NCBI GenBank assembly: GCA_049515535.1
Contig: JBEKTZ010000005.1
Location: 124,001-188,000, forward strand
DNA: 64,000 bases
Source: Candidatus Aminicenantales bacterium
Lineage (GTDB): Bacteria > Acidobacteriota > Aminicenantia > Aminicenantales > UBA4085
Direction: 5' to 3'
In this document: positions 27,063 to 36,252 of the stretch, piece by piece
How the letters are laid out: every line of letters starts with the position of its first letter
Position numbering within the stretch: position 1 is the stretch's first letter
Notes under the pieces: model-generated
Told to the model about the DNA's origin: nothing
Seen by the model: the letters and a program-made list of their open reading frames with translations, nothing else
The model's database searches: none
Translations under genes and position numbers: made by a program

Positions 27063-29441
27063 ATGTCAGCCTTAAGAAAAACCATCCGGCAGCGGAAAAA
27101 CGACCTCCTCGCCCTGGCCGCATTCTCCGCCCTGACTTTGATCCTGACTTACCCCTTGATTTTGAACCTGGGGACCGGTGTCCGGGACAAGGGCGATCCC
27201 GCTCTCAACAGCTATATCATGGCCTGGGAAGCCCACCAATTCGGACGCCTGGATTTCTCCCACTTTTTTGACACCAACATGTTTTATCCCTTTAAGGGGA
27301 CGCTGACTTATTCCGAGATCCTCCTGCCGCAAGCCGTGGCCGCGTTTCCCATTCTCGCCGTTTTCGGAAACCCGATTCTGTCCTACAACATCGTTCTTCT
27401 CCTCGCTTTTCTCACTTCGGCGCTGGGCATGCGGGCCCTCGCCCGCCATCTTGTCAAGAACGAGTTCGCCGCGTTTCTGGCCGGGCTCATTTATGCCTTT
27501 TCGCCTTTCATGTTCTCCCACCTGTCTCATCTCCAGGTCATCACCGCGGGCGGCTTGCCGCTCGCTATGCTTTATCTCCATAAATTTTTCGAGGATGGAC
27601 GGACGCGGGACATCCTCGGCTTCACCTTCTTCTATATCATCCAGTTTCTGGCCAATGGATATTACGGGATCTTTCTGACCTTGTTCGCCGGTCTCTTTAT
27701 CGTCGCCTGGATGATCGTCGAGCGCCGGTACGCGGACCGGAAATTTTGGGCGCGGCTCGCGCTCTTCGCCGCCCTTGCCGCCGCGTTTGTCGGCCCGGTC
27801 CTTTTTCGCTATTTCCTCATGAGCCGGGGAACAGACTTCAACCGCGGCCCCGGAAGTCCGCTTCCGCTCACGAGCTACATGACCGCTCCCAGCATTAACC
27901 GGCTTTACGGCCAAATCACCCAGCCTTTCCGAAAATCGGAAGGCGACCTTTTCCCGGGCATCATCGCCGTCATTCTCGCCGGACTGGGCCTGGCCGCGAA
28001 TCTGAGGATCCGCCCGATGTCGAGCCAAGATGAATATCGCGGCCGCCCGAAAATGACGGGTTTCGCGCGCGCCGCCGTGACCGGCTTGATGGCCGCGGAT
28101 GCCTTCTGGATCCTGGCGGAAATCATGTCGGGGTTCGAGCTCGGGTCCTCGAATGAAGTTCTTTTCCACCCCGCCTGCCTTCTCCTCCTCCCGATTCCGG
28201 CCGGGATTTTGATTTTTCTCATCGCCCTCCGCCGGACATTCGAACGGAGGCTGCGGGGTCCGGCCTATCGGATCTCCTTCAAGGATAAAAAGTTTTGGAC
28301 CTATCCGGTTCTCCTGGTCCTGGCCGCGCTCCTGACTCTGGGCAGCCGGGGACTTTATGTCATCCTTTATAAATGCGTTCCCGGTTTCAGCGGCCTCCGC
28401 GCCACTCCCCGTTTTCATGTTTTCTTTATGCTGGCCCTGGCCGTTCTCGCCGCGCATGGAGCGAAAGCGCTCATGGAGTCCGCCCGGCCGAAACGGCGCG
28501 CGGCCGCTTTCATCCTCATCCCGCTTCTCATTCTCGCGGAATTCGCCTCCATCCCCCTCCCTCTCGCCAAGCTCCCGGCCCCGCGGGACATTCCTGAAGT
28601 CTACCGCTGGCTGGCCGCTGAAAAGGAAAACGACCGGGTCTTGCTCGAGCTCCCGCTGCCTGAATCGAGCGCGTGGGCCGGCGCGGTCGAAGCCTCCCGG
28701 CTCTACTTCTCGACCTTTCATTGGACCCGGATGGTGAACGGCTACAGCGGCTATATCCCTCCGCTTTACAGCGAGCTGTGCTTCCGCTGGAAGAAACTGC
28801 CCCTGGCCGAATTCGTCAAGGACGCCGCCGACCTTGGCGTCAATACGATCATATTTCACGCGAACGAGCCCTTCACCGAAGAGACTTTCCGGCTGAGGAT
28901 AGCCGAAGCCCGATCCGAGGACGAGCAAATCGTCCTCGAGAAAGCGTTCGGGACCGATTATGTCTTCGCCGTCAAGGCGAGCCGGCCGGCCAAGCCGCTT
29001 CAGGCCGAGTCCCGCGTCCGCCGACCGCTCGAAAAAAAAGGGTGGACGGTCACGGCGAGCGCCAAGCAGGATCAGGCGGCGAAGGCCGTGGACGGCTCTA
29101 TGGCGACGCGCTGGGAAAGCGGCCCCCAGGCCGTCGGCGTGTCCGTGGCTGTGGACCTGAAAACGATCGAGACCGTCGGCGGGTTCTCGTTCAAGCTCGG
29201 CCGGAGCCCGCTGGACTATCCGCGCGGATACCTCGCCGAAGTCTCGACCGACGGAAAAACATGGGAGACCGTCGCCCGTCAGGAAAAAACCGTTCTCCCG
29301 ATCCGGGACTTTCTCCGGCCGAAAGATCTCGGCCTGGATGTCGAATTCGCGCCTCGCGACGTCCGTTATATCCGGATCACGAACACCGCGGAAGAGCCGA
29401 TTTACTACTGGTCGATTTACGAGATCGAAGTCTATCGCTGA
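27063..29441 (+). CDS. Multi-TM GT-C-like membrane glycosyltransferase with C-terminal F5/8 type C (discoidin) domain
   Basis: GDP..MAW, NMFYP, many TM helices, NGYSG motif; C-terminal AVDGSMATRWES..STDGKTW..WSIYEIEV. Confidence 0.7.
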   Translation: MSALRKTIRQRKNDLLALAAFSALTLILTYPLILNLGTGVRDKGDPALNSYIMAWEAHQFGRLDFSHFFDTNMFYPFKGTLTYSEILLPQAVAAFPILAVFGNPILSYNIVLLLAFLTSALGMRALARHLVKNEFAAFLAGLIYAFSPFMFSHLSHLQVITAGGLPLAMLYLHKFFEDGRTRDILGFTFFYIIQFLANGYYGIFLTLFAGLFIVAWMIVERRYADRKFWARLALFAALAAAFVGPVLFRYFLMSRGTDFNRGPGSPLPLTSYMTAPSINRLYGQITQPFRKSEGDLFPGIIAVILAGLGLAANLRIRPMSSQDEYRGRPKMTGFARAAVTGLMAADAFWILAEIMSGFELGSSNEVLFHPACLLLLPIPAGILIFLIALRRTFERRLRGPAYRISFKDKKFWTYPVLLVLAALLTLGSRGLYVILYKCVPGFSGLRATPRFHVFFMLALAVLAAHGAKALMESARPKRRAAAFILIPLLILAEFASIPLPLAKLPAPRDIPEVYRWLAAEKENDRVLLELPLPESSAWAGAVEASRLYFSTFHWTRMVNGYSGYIPPLYSELCFRWKKLPLAEFVKDAADLGVNTIIFHANEPFTEETFRLRIAEARSEDEQIVLEKAFGTDYVFAVKASRPAKPLQAESRVRRPLEKKGWTVTASAKQDQAAKAVDGSMATRWESGPQAVGVSVAVDLKTIETVGGFSFKLGRSPLDYPRGYLAEVSTDGKTWETVARQEKTVLPIRDFLRPKDLGLDVEFAPRDVRYIRITNTAEEPIYYWSIYEIEVYR

Positions 29442-29484
29442 CGGACGTTTCGACGGCGCCCTCCCTCGTTTCTCGACAGCGGAC

Positions 29485-29577
29485 GGGCCCCGGGCTTTGC
29501 CCGTGGGATCACGTCCGCCGTACTCGCCCGTGGATATAAGCCACGGGCGAGTGGCGAGCTTAAGGCTCGTCCCTTGA
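29485..29577. repeat. Triple-hairpin interspersed repeat, copy 1
   Basis: 84/93 identical, ungapped, to 47387-47479; lies between convergent genes. Confidence 0.85.
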
Positions 29578-29584
29578 TAACGGG

Positions 29585-30088
29585 CTAAGCCATCAGGGAC
29601 GCGAAATATTCGGATAATTTTTGAACGGCTTTTTTGACCGGCAAAGATAGGGATGATCCGAAATCATTTTTTCCCGGCTGAATCCCCAGAATGATCGTTT
29701 TACAGCCCACGGTTTCCTCTAGATATCGGACGAACAAAGCCAGGGATATCTTGTGCGTCGAAACGCCCTCGTCCGCGAGAGCGTCCTTCTCCACGAGAAA
29801 AATCGTTCCCGGCCGATAGGGGCCGGCGCCGGCGTCGAGGATGAGAACGAGGTCGGGCCCGATTTTCCTGATGATCCCGGTCCAATTCTCCGGGACTTCG
29901 CGGCCCAGGAGGACCCTCAAACGCGAACGCGCTTTCCCCCGCGTCGCTTTTTTGATCGATTCGGCGCAAATGAGACCGGCGGCGTCGTCGCCTCTGGCTT
30001 TGTTCCCGACGCCGAGAACGACGATTTTCAGGGAGGCTTGGATCTCGCGGCGGACGAGCCGTTTCCAATCCGTTTTCGTTCGGGACAT
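29585..30088 (-). CDS. hycI: Hydrogenase maturation endopeptidase (HycI-like)
   Basis: LGVGN..RGDDAAG, VPENW, LDA, STHKISL, LGIQP. Confidence 0.88.
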   Translation of the reverse strand: MSRTKTDWKRLVRREIQASLKIVVLGVGNKARGDDAAGLICAESIKKATRGKARSRLRVLLGREVPENWTGIIRKIGPDLVLILDAGAGPYRPGTIFLVEKDALADEGVSTHKISLALFVRYLEETVGCKTIILGIQPGKNDFGSSLSLPVKKAVQKLSEYFASLMA

Positions 30089-30107
30089 GGCGCTTAAAAC
30101 CCGGATC

Positions 30108-30551
30108 TTACGATTGGGCCGGTTCCGTCTTCGACGGAGGCGGGGGCGGAACCGCGGGCTTGGCTTCTCTTTTTGGGATCGCCCGCGTGAAGATCCATTC
30201 CATCTTCAGATCGTGGCGGTCGAACCCGGCGGTCTCGAAGAGATGATCCATTTCCATGGCCTTCACGGGGTTCGTCGGGCAGGAATCCACGCACTGGGCG
30301 CAGTGGATGCAGCGGTCGTTGTGGATGACCATTTTGAATTTCTTTTCGGCTTCGTTCACCGAAGTGATTTCGATCGCCTCGGCCGGACAGTCCCGCTCGC
30401 AGGCGCGGCAGGCAATGCAAATATCGGGATGGAGAAAAGGCGTCCCCCGGAAATCCTTGGGGACCTCGAGTTTTTTGAACGGATAGTCCACGGTGTTGGG
30501 CTTTTTGAAGAGATGGCGAAGAAGCTCCGGAAGGAAAACCGCAACTTTCAT
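30108..30551 (-). CDS. 2x[4Fe-4S] subunit (NuoI/HycF/EchF-like)
   Basis: CIACRACERDCP and CIHCAQCVDSCP; true start MKVAVF overlaps the upstream stop. Confidence 0.9.
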   Translation of the reverse strand: MKVAVFLPELLRHLFKKPNTVDYPFKKLEVPKDFRGTPFLHPDICIACRACERDCPAEAIEITSVNEAEKKFKMVIHNDRCIHCAQCVDSCPTNPVKAMEMDHLFETAGFDRHDLKMEWIFTRAIPKREAKPAVPPPPPSKTEPAQS

Positions 30552-31519
30552 AATAGCAATCCCTTGATCAAAATGACGATCAGAAGCTGGAGGACGGCCA
30601 GGGGGGCCAGGGTTTTCCAGGCGAAAGTAACGACCTGGTCCACCCGGATCCGGGAGGTGAGGGCCCGGATGAGCGACAGGAAAAAGATGACGAAGAGCGT
30701 TTTGACGACGAAGTTCAGGAGGCCGATTCCGGGTCCGCCGGGAAAACCGGCGAGGAAGACCGCTGCCACGAGGCCGCTCGAAACGACGAGCTCGATGTCG
30801 ATCATGAGCCGGAAAAAAGCCAGCTTCTTTCCCGAATATTCGGTGAAGGTCCCGCCGACGATTTCCGTCTCGGCGTGCGGGATGTCGAACGGCGTGCGCT
30901 CGAGCTTGGCCTGGACGCAGATCATGGCGATGACGAACCCGAGCAGGTTGGGCAGGATGAGCAGGGGCTTTTTCTGATAGAAATGGGCGATCTCGGCGAG
31001 CCGCCAGGAATTGGCCAGGATCGCCGGGCTCAGGACGGCCATGAAGAGGGGAACCTCGTAGCCGAAGAGCATCGTCAGGACGCGCGTTCCGCCGATGGTC
31101 GAAAAGAGGTTGGTCGAGGACCATCCCGCCAGGAAGAAGATCAGGGTCGGGAGGCTGAGGAGATAGAGGAGGACGATGATGTCGCCGGAAAAGGAGATCA
31201 TGCGGACCGCGTCCTCGCTGTAGGGCCAGAGCGGAAGGAGCAGTCCGGCCGTGGCGACAATGGCCAGGCCGATGATCGGCAGGAGCGTGAACAGGGTCTT
31301 GTCCGCCCGCTCGGGGACGACGTCCTCCTTGGCCAGGAGCTTGACGAAATCGGCGATCGGCTGGAGGATCCCCCACCGCCCCGTGTGCGTCGGGCCCATC
31401 CGGTTCTGAAGGCGGGCATAGACTTTCCGGTCGAACCATTCGCAGAACGTGGCATAGACGAACAGAAAAAGGAGCCCCGGATAGACGAGAAGGTAGAGGA
31501 TCGTTTTCAGAACGGCCAT
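30548..31519 (-). CDS. Membrane subunit NuoH/HycD/MbhM-like
   Basis: RKVYARLQNRMGP, QPIADFVKLLAKE, RTPFDIPHAETEIVGG..EYSG. Confidence 0.92.
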   Translation of the reverse strand: MAVLKTILYLLVYPGLLFLFVYATFCEWFDRKVYARLQNRMGPTHTGRWGILQPIADFVKLLAKEDVVPERADKTLFTLLPIIGLAIVATAGLLLPLWPYSEDAVRMISFSGDIIVLLYLLSLPTLIFFLAGWSSTNLFSTIGGTRVLTMLFGYEVPLFMAVLSPAILANSWRLAEIAHFYQKKPLLILPNLLGFVIAMICVQAKLERTPFDIPHAETEIVGGTFTEYSGKKLAFFRLMIDIELVVSSGLVAAVFLAGFPGGPGIGLLNFVVKTLFVIFFLSLIRALTSRIRVDQVVTFAWKTLAPLAVLQLLIVILIKGLLL

Positions 31520-32709
31520 ACCGCATTCCTTTTCACGGGACGATTTTTGAAGCGTTCGTCGGCGAGCTTCCGGAGTTCGCTGAAGCGCACGATTTTCTCT
31601 TCGCCGGTCCGCCCATTGACGAGCTCGACGGTCCGCTCGGCGCAGCAGATGCAGGGATCGATGGCGGCGAAGATCAGCGGGATGTCGGCGATGAACCCGC
31701 TCTTGAGCATCTCAACCGTCGCCGGATAATTGGCCAGTGTCGGGGCCCGGACTTTCAGCCGTTCGGGCTTGTCCGATCCGTTGGATTTGATGTAGTGCAT
31801 GTTTTCGCCGCGCGGGGCTTCATAGCGGCTGACGACTTCGTTCGGCTTGGCCCGCCTGGGCGCTTTGACGGCGATGTCGCCGGTCGGAAGATTCTTCAGG
31901 AGGAATTCGCAGATTTTATAGGACTCGAGGAGCTCTTTGATCCGGACCACGGTCCGGCCCAGGACGTCGCAGGTGTCCGCCGTGCAGACGTCGAAGGGGA
32001 CTTCGTCGTAGACCGCGTGGGGGTCGTCCTTGCGGACGTCGGCCGAGATGCTCGAGGCGCGGGCAGTGGGGCCGACCGCGCAAAGAGCGAGCGCCTTTTC
32101 CCTGGAGAGGTAGCCGACGCCGGCTAGGCGTCCCACGAACGTCGGCTCCGAGGCGCCGATCTTGAAATAGAATTCGGTGCGCGTCCGCAGGACGGCGAGG
32201 CCGTCGAGGATTTTTTTGATTTGGAGTTCATCGAGATCGCGGCGGACGCCGCCGAGCGTGTTCATCGCGTAGTGAACGCGGTTGCCCGAGATCATCTCTA
32301 GGAGGTCCATCACGACCTCGCGGTCGCGCCAGGTGTACATGAAGAACGAGTCGAATCCGGCCTCGTGGCCGGCGACGCCCAGCCAGAGCAGATGGCTGTG
32401 CACCCGCTCGAGTTCGGAGACGAGATAGCGGATGTAGTTGCCCCGCTTGGGCGGCGCGATTTCCATGAGCTTTTCCACGCCCTGAACATAGCAGGTGGAG
32501 TGGGAGTGCGAGCAGATCCCGCAGATCCGCTCGGTGAGGTAGATATTCTGGATCCAGGTCTTTTCTTCGGCGAGCTTTTCCAGGCCGCGGTGGTTGTAGC
32601 CGAGCCTGATATCCGCGTCCTTGATGACCTCGCCCTCGACCGTCATGCGCAGGCTGATGGGCTCTTTCAGGGCGGGGTGCTGCGGCCCGATGGGGATGGT
32701 GAACTTCAT
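31507..32709 (-). CDS. Group 4 [NiFe]-hydrogenase large subunit
   Basis: GPQHP, HRGLEK, L1 motif ERICGIC, L2 motif DPCICCAER, followed by a cleavable C-terminal extension. Confidence 0.92.
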   Translation of the reverse strand: MKFTIPIGPQHPALKEPISLRMTVEGEVIKDADIRLGYNHRGLEKLAEEKTWIQNIYLTERICGICSHSHSTCYVQGVEKLMEIAPPKRGNYIRYLVSELERVHSHLLWLGVAGHEAGFDSFFMYTWRDREVVMDLLEMISGNRVHYAMNTLGGVRRDLDELQIKKILDGLAVLRTRTEFYFKIGASEPTFVGRLAGVGYLSREKALALCAVGPTARASSISADVRKDDPHAVYDEVPFDVCTADTCDVLGRTVVRIKELLESYKICEFLLKNLPTGDIAVKAPRRAKPNEVVSRYEAPRGENMHYIKSNGSDKPERLKVRAPTLANYPATVEMLKSGFIADIPLIFAAIDPCICCAERTVELVNGRTGEEKIVRFSELRKLADERFKNRPVKRNAVWPF

Positions 32710-33179
32710 TTCTTGCCTCCGGGGATGATTTCCGCGGGCCGTTCGTATTTCCAGTCTTTCCGGAGAGGGAAGTTGCCGGCCGGCCAGTCGTCGGGCACGA
32801 CCAGCGGTCTGGAGTCGGGGATATTGTCGATGACGACGCCGAACATATCCTGAAGCTCCCGCTCGTACAGGATCGCGCCGGGCAGGCTCGGGCAGATGCT
32901 GACGAGGTGGGGATCGGCCTTCGGAATCCGGGTCCGGACGTTCAGGTTTCCGTTGAGGTCGGCGAGATGGTACAGGATTTCATAGGAATCGCCGGCGTCC
33001 AAGCCGCTGATCGTGGCGACGTACGTGTAATGGAGGTCCTTGCTGAGGCCGGCGAAAACAGGGGCCACGTTTCCGGGGGCGATCGTCATGAAAACCCGCC
33101 GGAGGGCCGGGTTGGAAATCTCGACGATTTTATCGCCGAAGAGGTTTTTCAATTTCTCCATGAGTTCTAAATCGGTCAT
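32706..33179 (-). CDS. NuoC/MbhK-like subunit
   Basis: ERELQDMFGV..DDWP..PLRKD. Confidence 0.88.
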   Translation of the reverse strand: MTDLELMEKLKNLFGDKIVEISNPALRRVFMTIAPGNVAPVFAGLSKDLHYTYVATISGLDAGDSYEILYHLADLNGNLNVRTRIPKADPHLVSICPSLPGAILYERELQDMFGVVIDNIPDSRPLVVPDDWPAGNFPLRKDWKYERPAEIIPGGKK

Positions 33180-33193
33180 AAGGTCCTCGAAGT

Positions 33194-33613
33194 CTAGAGT
33201 TTTCCCAGGAGCTTGACGACTCCATCCAGAATGGCGTCGGGCCGGGCCGGGCAGCCGGGAACGTACACGTTCACGGGGATGACCTGGTCTAAGCCTCCCA
33301 TGATGTTATAAGCGCCGCGGTAAACGCAACCCGACATGGCGCACGCGCCGACGGCGATGACGAACTTCGGGTCCGGGGTTTGTTCGTAAATGCGGATGAT
33401 CCGGTCCTTGATCTGCCGGGTCACCGGTCCGGTGGCGATGATCACGTCCGCGTGCCGCGGCGTGGCCTTGAGCAGCACCCCGAACCGCTCCACGTCGAAG
33501 CGGGGGGTGAGGGCCGCCACGATCTCGATGTCGCAGGCGTTGCAGGCGCCCGAATTCAAGTGCAGGATCCAGGGGGACTTGATCCGGGACCAGCGCACGA
33601 GTCTGTCTAACAT
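33194..33613 (-). CDS. Group 4 hydrogenase small subunit (NuoB/MbhJ-like)
   Basis: CNACDIE (CxxC, hydrogenase type), PRHAD, GACA, VPGCP. Confidence 0.92.
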   Translation of the reverse strand: MLDRLVRWSRIKSPWILHLNSGACNACDIEIVAALTPRFDVERFGVLLKATPRHADVIIATGPVTRQIKDRIIRIYEQTPDPKFVIAVGACAMSGCVYRGAYNIMGGLDQVIPVNVYVPGCPARPDAILDGVVKLLGKL

Positions 33614-33614
33614 T

Positions 33615-33947
33615 TCAGCTCCTTGTCACGAGGGCCATGATGGACAGGAAGATCACGGCCAGGTAGAGCACGGCGAACCAGACGATCTTGCCGGACGGAA
33701 CGGTCGCGATCATGAGCGCGGCGACGTGCATGATGGTGAAAAACAGGGCGATGAAAAAGAAAAGGCGGTAGCCGAACTGCACTTTGACGCCGGGGATGTC
33801 CTCTCCGCAGGCATAGGTCGTCAGCTTGCCGCCGGTTTTATTGAGCTTCGGCGCCATCCGCTTTCCGAGGAGGTAGAGAAGGAAGGCGATGGCCAGAAAG
33901 AGGATGAAGGCCACGGGCGGGGAGAGGAGGAATTCGATCCCTTTCAT
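33615..33947 (-). CDS. NuoA-like 3-TM subunit
   Basis: TM1, loop with YACGE (compare NuoA YECG), then two TM helices; 110 aa. Confidence 0.7.
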   Translation of the reverse strand: MKGIEFLLSPPVAFILFLAIAFLLYLLGKRMAPKLNKTGGKLTTYACGEDIPGVKVQFGYRLFFFIALFFTIMHVAALMIATVPSGKIVWFAVLYLAVIFLSIMALVTRS

Positions 33948-33950
33948 GGT

Positions 33951-34259
33951 TTACCCTTTCAATTTCGTCAGCTTGCGGATATCCAGGCTCTTCGTGTGCC
34001 GATAGATGTTGATGATGAGGGCCAGGGCCGTGGCGACGAGGCTGACCTCGACCACGATGAAGGTGATGACCAGGCATTGGGCGAGGAGGGTGTTTTTCTT
34101 GACGAACCCGGTCGCCAGCAGGGCCAGGCTCACGCCTTTGCTGATGACTTCGATGCCGATGAAAAGCTTGATGACGTTTTTCATCGTCAGCAGGCAGTAG
34201 AGGCCGGCGAACAGCAAGCCTGCGGCGAAGGCCATATATACGAACCACGAGCTATTCAT
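33951..34259 (-). CDS. NuoK/MrpC-like subunit
   Basis: GLYCLL..NVIKLFIGIEV..IVVEV; three TM helices. Confidence 0.8.
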   Translation of the reverse strand: MNSSWFVYMAFAAGLLFAGLYCLLTMKNVIKLFIGIEVISKGVSLALLATGFVKKNTLLAQCLVITFIVVEVSLVATALALIINIYRHTKSLDIRKLTKLKG

Positions 34260-34734
34260 CTTTGTCCCTCTTTCGGAATAAGGCCAGAACGGAAAATACG
34301 CCGGCGAGGATGACCGCGAGCTGGCCGACGAGGTCGAACGTCCTCTGTTTCCACAGGACGTCGCCGAACGCCCCAGTCTCGGCCGTTTCCGGCAGGGCCG
34401 GGACCTTCTGGAGGAGGCCTTTCATGACCAGGATGTCGATGAGGATGAAGGCGACGAAGAACAGAGGAAAGGCGAGCCGGGCGAGCCTGGATTCACGGAC
34501 GTCCCCTTCGGCCTTGGTCAAGGCGATGGTCAGGATGAAGAGCACCGTGATCAAGCCGGCCACGACCGAGATTTCGAAGACGCCGGCGTACGGGGCGTTC
34601 ATCTGGAAGAAGAGGATGCCGAGCAGGACGCTGGCCAGGGCCAGGCTGATGGCGGATTTGATGAGGTCTTTCGACAGAATCGCCAGGATGGAAAAGAGAA
34701 CCAATCCGGATAAGAGCGGTATTTGCCATGTCAT
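34252..34734 (-). CDS. NuoJ-like membrane subunit
   Basis: DLIKSAISL..APYAGVFEISVVAGLITVL..FGDVLW; five TM helices. Confidence 0.75.
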   Translation of the reverse strand: MTWQIPLLSGLVLFSILAILSKDLIKSAISLALASVLLGILFFQMNAPYAGVFEISVVAGLITVLFILTIALTKAEGDVRESRLARLAFPLFFVAFILIDILVMKGLLQKVPALPETAETGAFGDVLWKQRTFDLVGQLAVILAGVFSVLALFRKRDKDE

Positions 34735-34737
34735 GGT

Positions 34738-36225
34738 CTATAATCCCCACGAACCGAGCGCGAGATGAATTCCCTTAGTCAGCGAGTCCGAGGCAGGCTG
34801 GATCCAGGACGTTATGACGGTCGAGAAAAAGATCCCGACGCCGATCACGAGAAGGGCCAGAATGACCGACGCCGCGGCCATCCAGAACGGCGCTTCCTTG
34901 ACGGCCTTCCATCGCTCGTCGAGCTGTCCGAAGAAGGCCTTGCGCTGGATGAGCAGGTAGTACCAGAGGGTCAGGACGCTGGCCAGGACGGCGACGACGG
35001 CGAGGGGCCATTGATTGGCCTGGACGAGGGCCATGATGATGATGAGCTTGCTCCAGAACCCGCCGAGAGGAGGCACGCCCGCGATCGAGAGAGCGCCGAC
35101 GATGTTGGTGGCCGCGGTCACGGGCATCCGCTTGGCCAGGCCGCCCATTTCGTCGAGGTTGCGCGTCCCGGTCGCCTGCTGGACCGAGCCCGAGTTCAAG
35201 AACAGGAGCCCTTTGGCCAGGGCGTGGTTGAAGAGATGGAAAAGCCCGCCGACGATGCCGAGAGGCGTGGCGAGGCCGATCCCGAGCACGACGAAACCGA
35301 CCTGGCTGATCGACGAATAAGCCAGCATGCGCTTCATATCGTTCTGGCCGAGAGCGAGAAAGGCGGCGACGACGATGGAGATCGCCCCGAGGACCATCAG
35401 GACCTGGGAGAGCCAGTCGCCGGGCTTCATGCCGAAGACGCCGAAAAAGATCCGGGTCATGGCGTACACTCCCGAGACCTTGATGAGCAATCCCGACAGG
35501 ATGGCCGAGATGGGCGCGGGCGCCGAGGGGTGCGCGTCCGGCAGCCAGGCGTGGAACGGAATCAGGGCCGCCTTGAGGCCGAAGCCCATGATGAAGAGGG
35601 CCGAGCAGAAGCCCACGACGGCTTTGGCGTCCAGGCTGCGGAGGCCTTCCGCCACGGCCGTGAAGCCGAGGCCGCCGGTCATGCCGAAGATCACGGCAAT
35701 GGCGATCAGAATGGCGGCCGAAGCGATGACCGAGAGCATCAGGTATTTGAACGCGGCTTCGAGCTCGTCATGCTCCAACCCGTAGGCGACCAGGGCATAC
35801 GAAGCGATGGCGGCGACTTCGAGAAACAGGTAAATGCCGAAGAGGTCGGTGACGAGTACGAGCCCGTTCATGCCGGTCACCATCATTAAAAGGAGGGCGT
35901 AGTAGTTGGCTTTGGACCCGTAGTGGTCCATGTAATTGATGGAGAAGAGACCGACGCACAGCGTCACGAGCGAAATGGCCATCAGCATGAACAGGCTGAA
36001 GCCGTCCACCGCGACCTGGATGTTGATCGGCTCGCCCAGCCACTGGAGCTGTTTCAGGATCGGTCCCTGACTGATCATCTGCCGGCCGGAGGTGGCGGCG
36101 AGGACGAGTAGGAAGAGGAAGACGGTGTTCGACAGCAGGTCGGGCAGAAATTTTTTCGAAATTTTCCCGATCAGAGGCATGAGCGCGGCGACCAGGAGAG
36201 GCGCACCGATAAACAGGAAAATCAA
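34738..36225 (-). CDS. Antiporter-like subunit (MrpD/MbhH/NuoN-like)
   Basis: FLEV, EAAFKY, KAALIPFHAWLPDAHPSAP, KRMLAYSS, GFWSK. Confidence 0.9.
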   Translation of the reverse strand: MIFLFIGAPLLVAALMPLIGKISKKFLPDLLSNTVFLFLLVLAATSGRQMISQGPILKQLQWLGEPINIQVAVDGFSLFMLMAISLVTLCVGLFSINYMDHYGSKANYYALLLMMVTGMNGLVLVTDLFGIYLFLEVAAIASYALVAYGLEHDELEAAFKYLMLSVIASAAILIAIAVIFGMTGGLGFTAVAEGLRSLDAKAVVGFCSALFIMGFGLKAALIPFHAWLPDAHPSAPAPISAILSGLLIKVSGVYAMTRIFFGVFGMKPGDWLSQVLMVLGAISIVVAAFLALGQNDMKRMLAYSSISQVGFVVLGIGLATPLGIVGGLFHLFNHALAKGLLFLNSGSVQQATGTRNLDEMGGLAKRMPVTAATNIVGALSIAGVPPLGGFWSKLIIIMALVQANQWPLAVVAVLASVLTLWYYLLIQRKAFFGQLDERWKAVKEAPFWMAAASVILALLVIGVGIFFSTVITSWIQPASDSLTKGIHLALGSWGL

Positions 36226-36252
36226 AGGTCCTCCTCTATCTATGCGAAACGA

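Noticed and set aside
29485..29577. Repeat as a CRISPR array or DnaA-box site
   Set aside because: Only two distant copies, with no spacers or cas genes; the GTGGATAT is part of a hairpin and has two mismatches to the DnaA box.
30108..31526. 472-aa ORF suggesting an extended ferredoxin subunit
   Set aside because: The N-terminal part is an alternate frame of the NuoH-like gene; the real start is 30551.
31507..32709. Annotation as NADH dehydrogenase NuoD, an Mbx-type subunit or a selenocysteine hydrogenase
   Set aside because: All four Ni-ligating Cys are present, a maturation protease is adjacent, there is no nuoEFG and there is no in-frame TGA.
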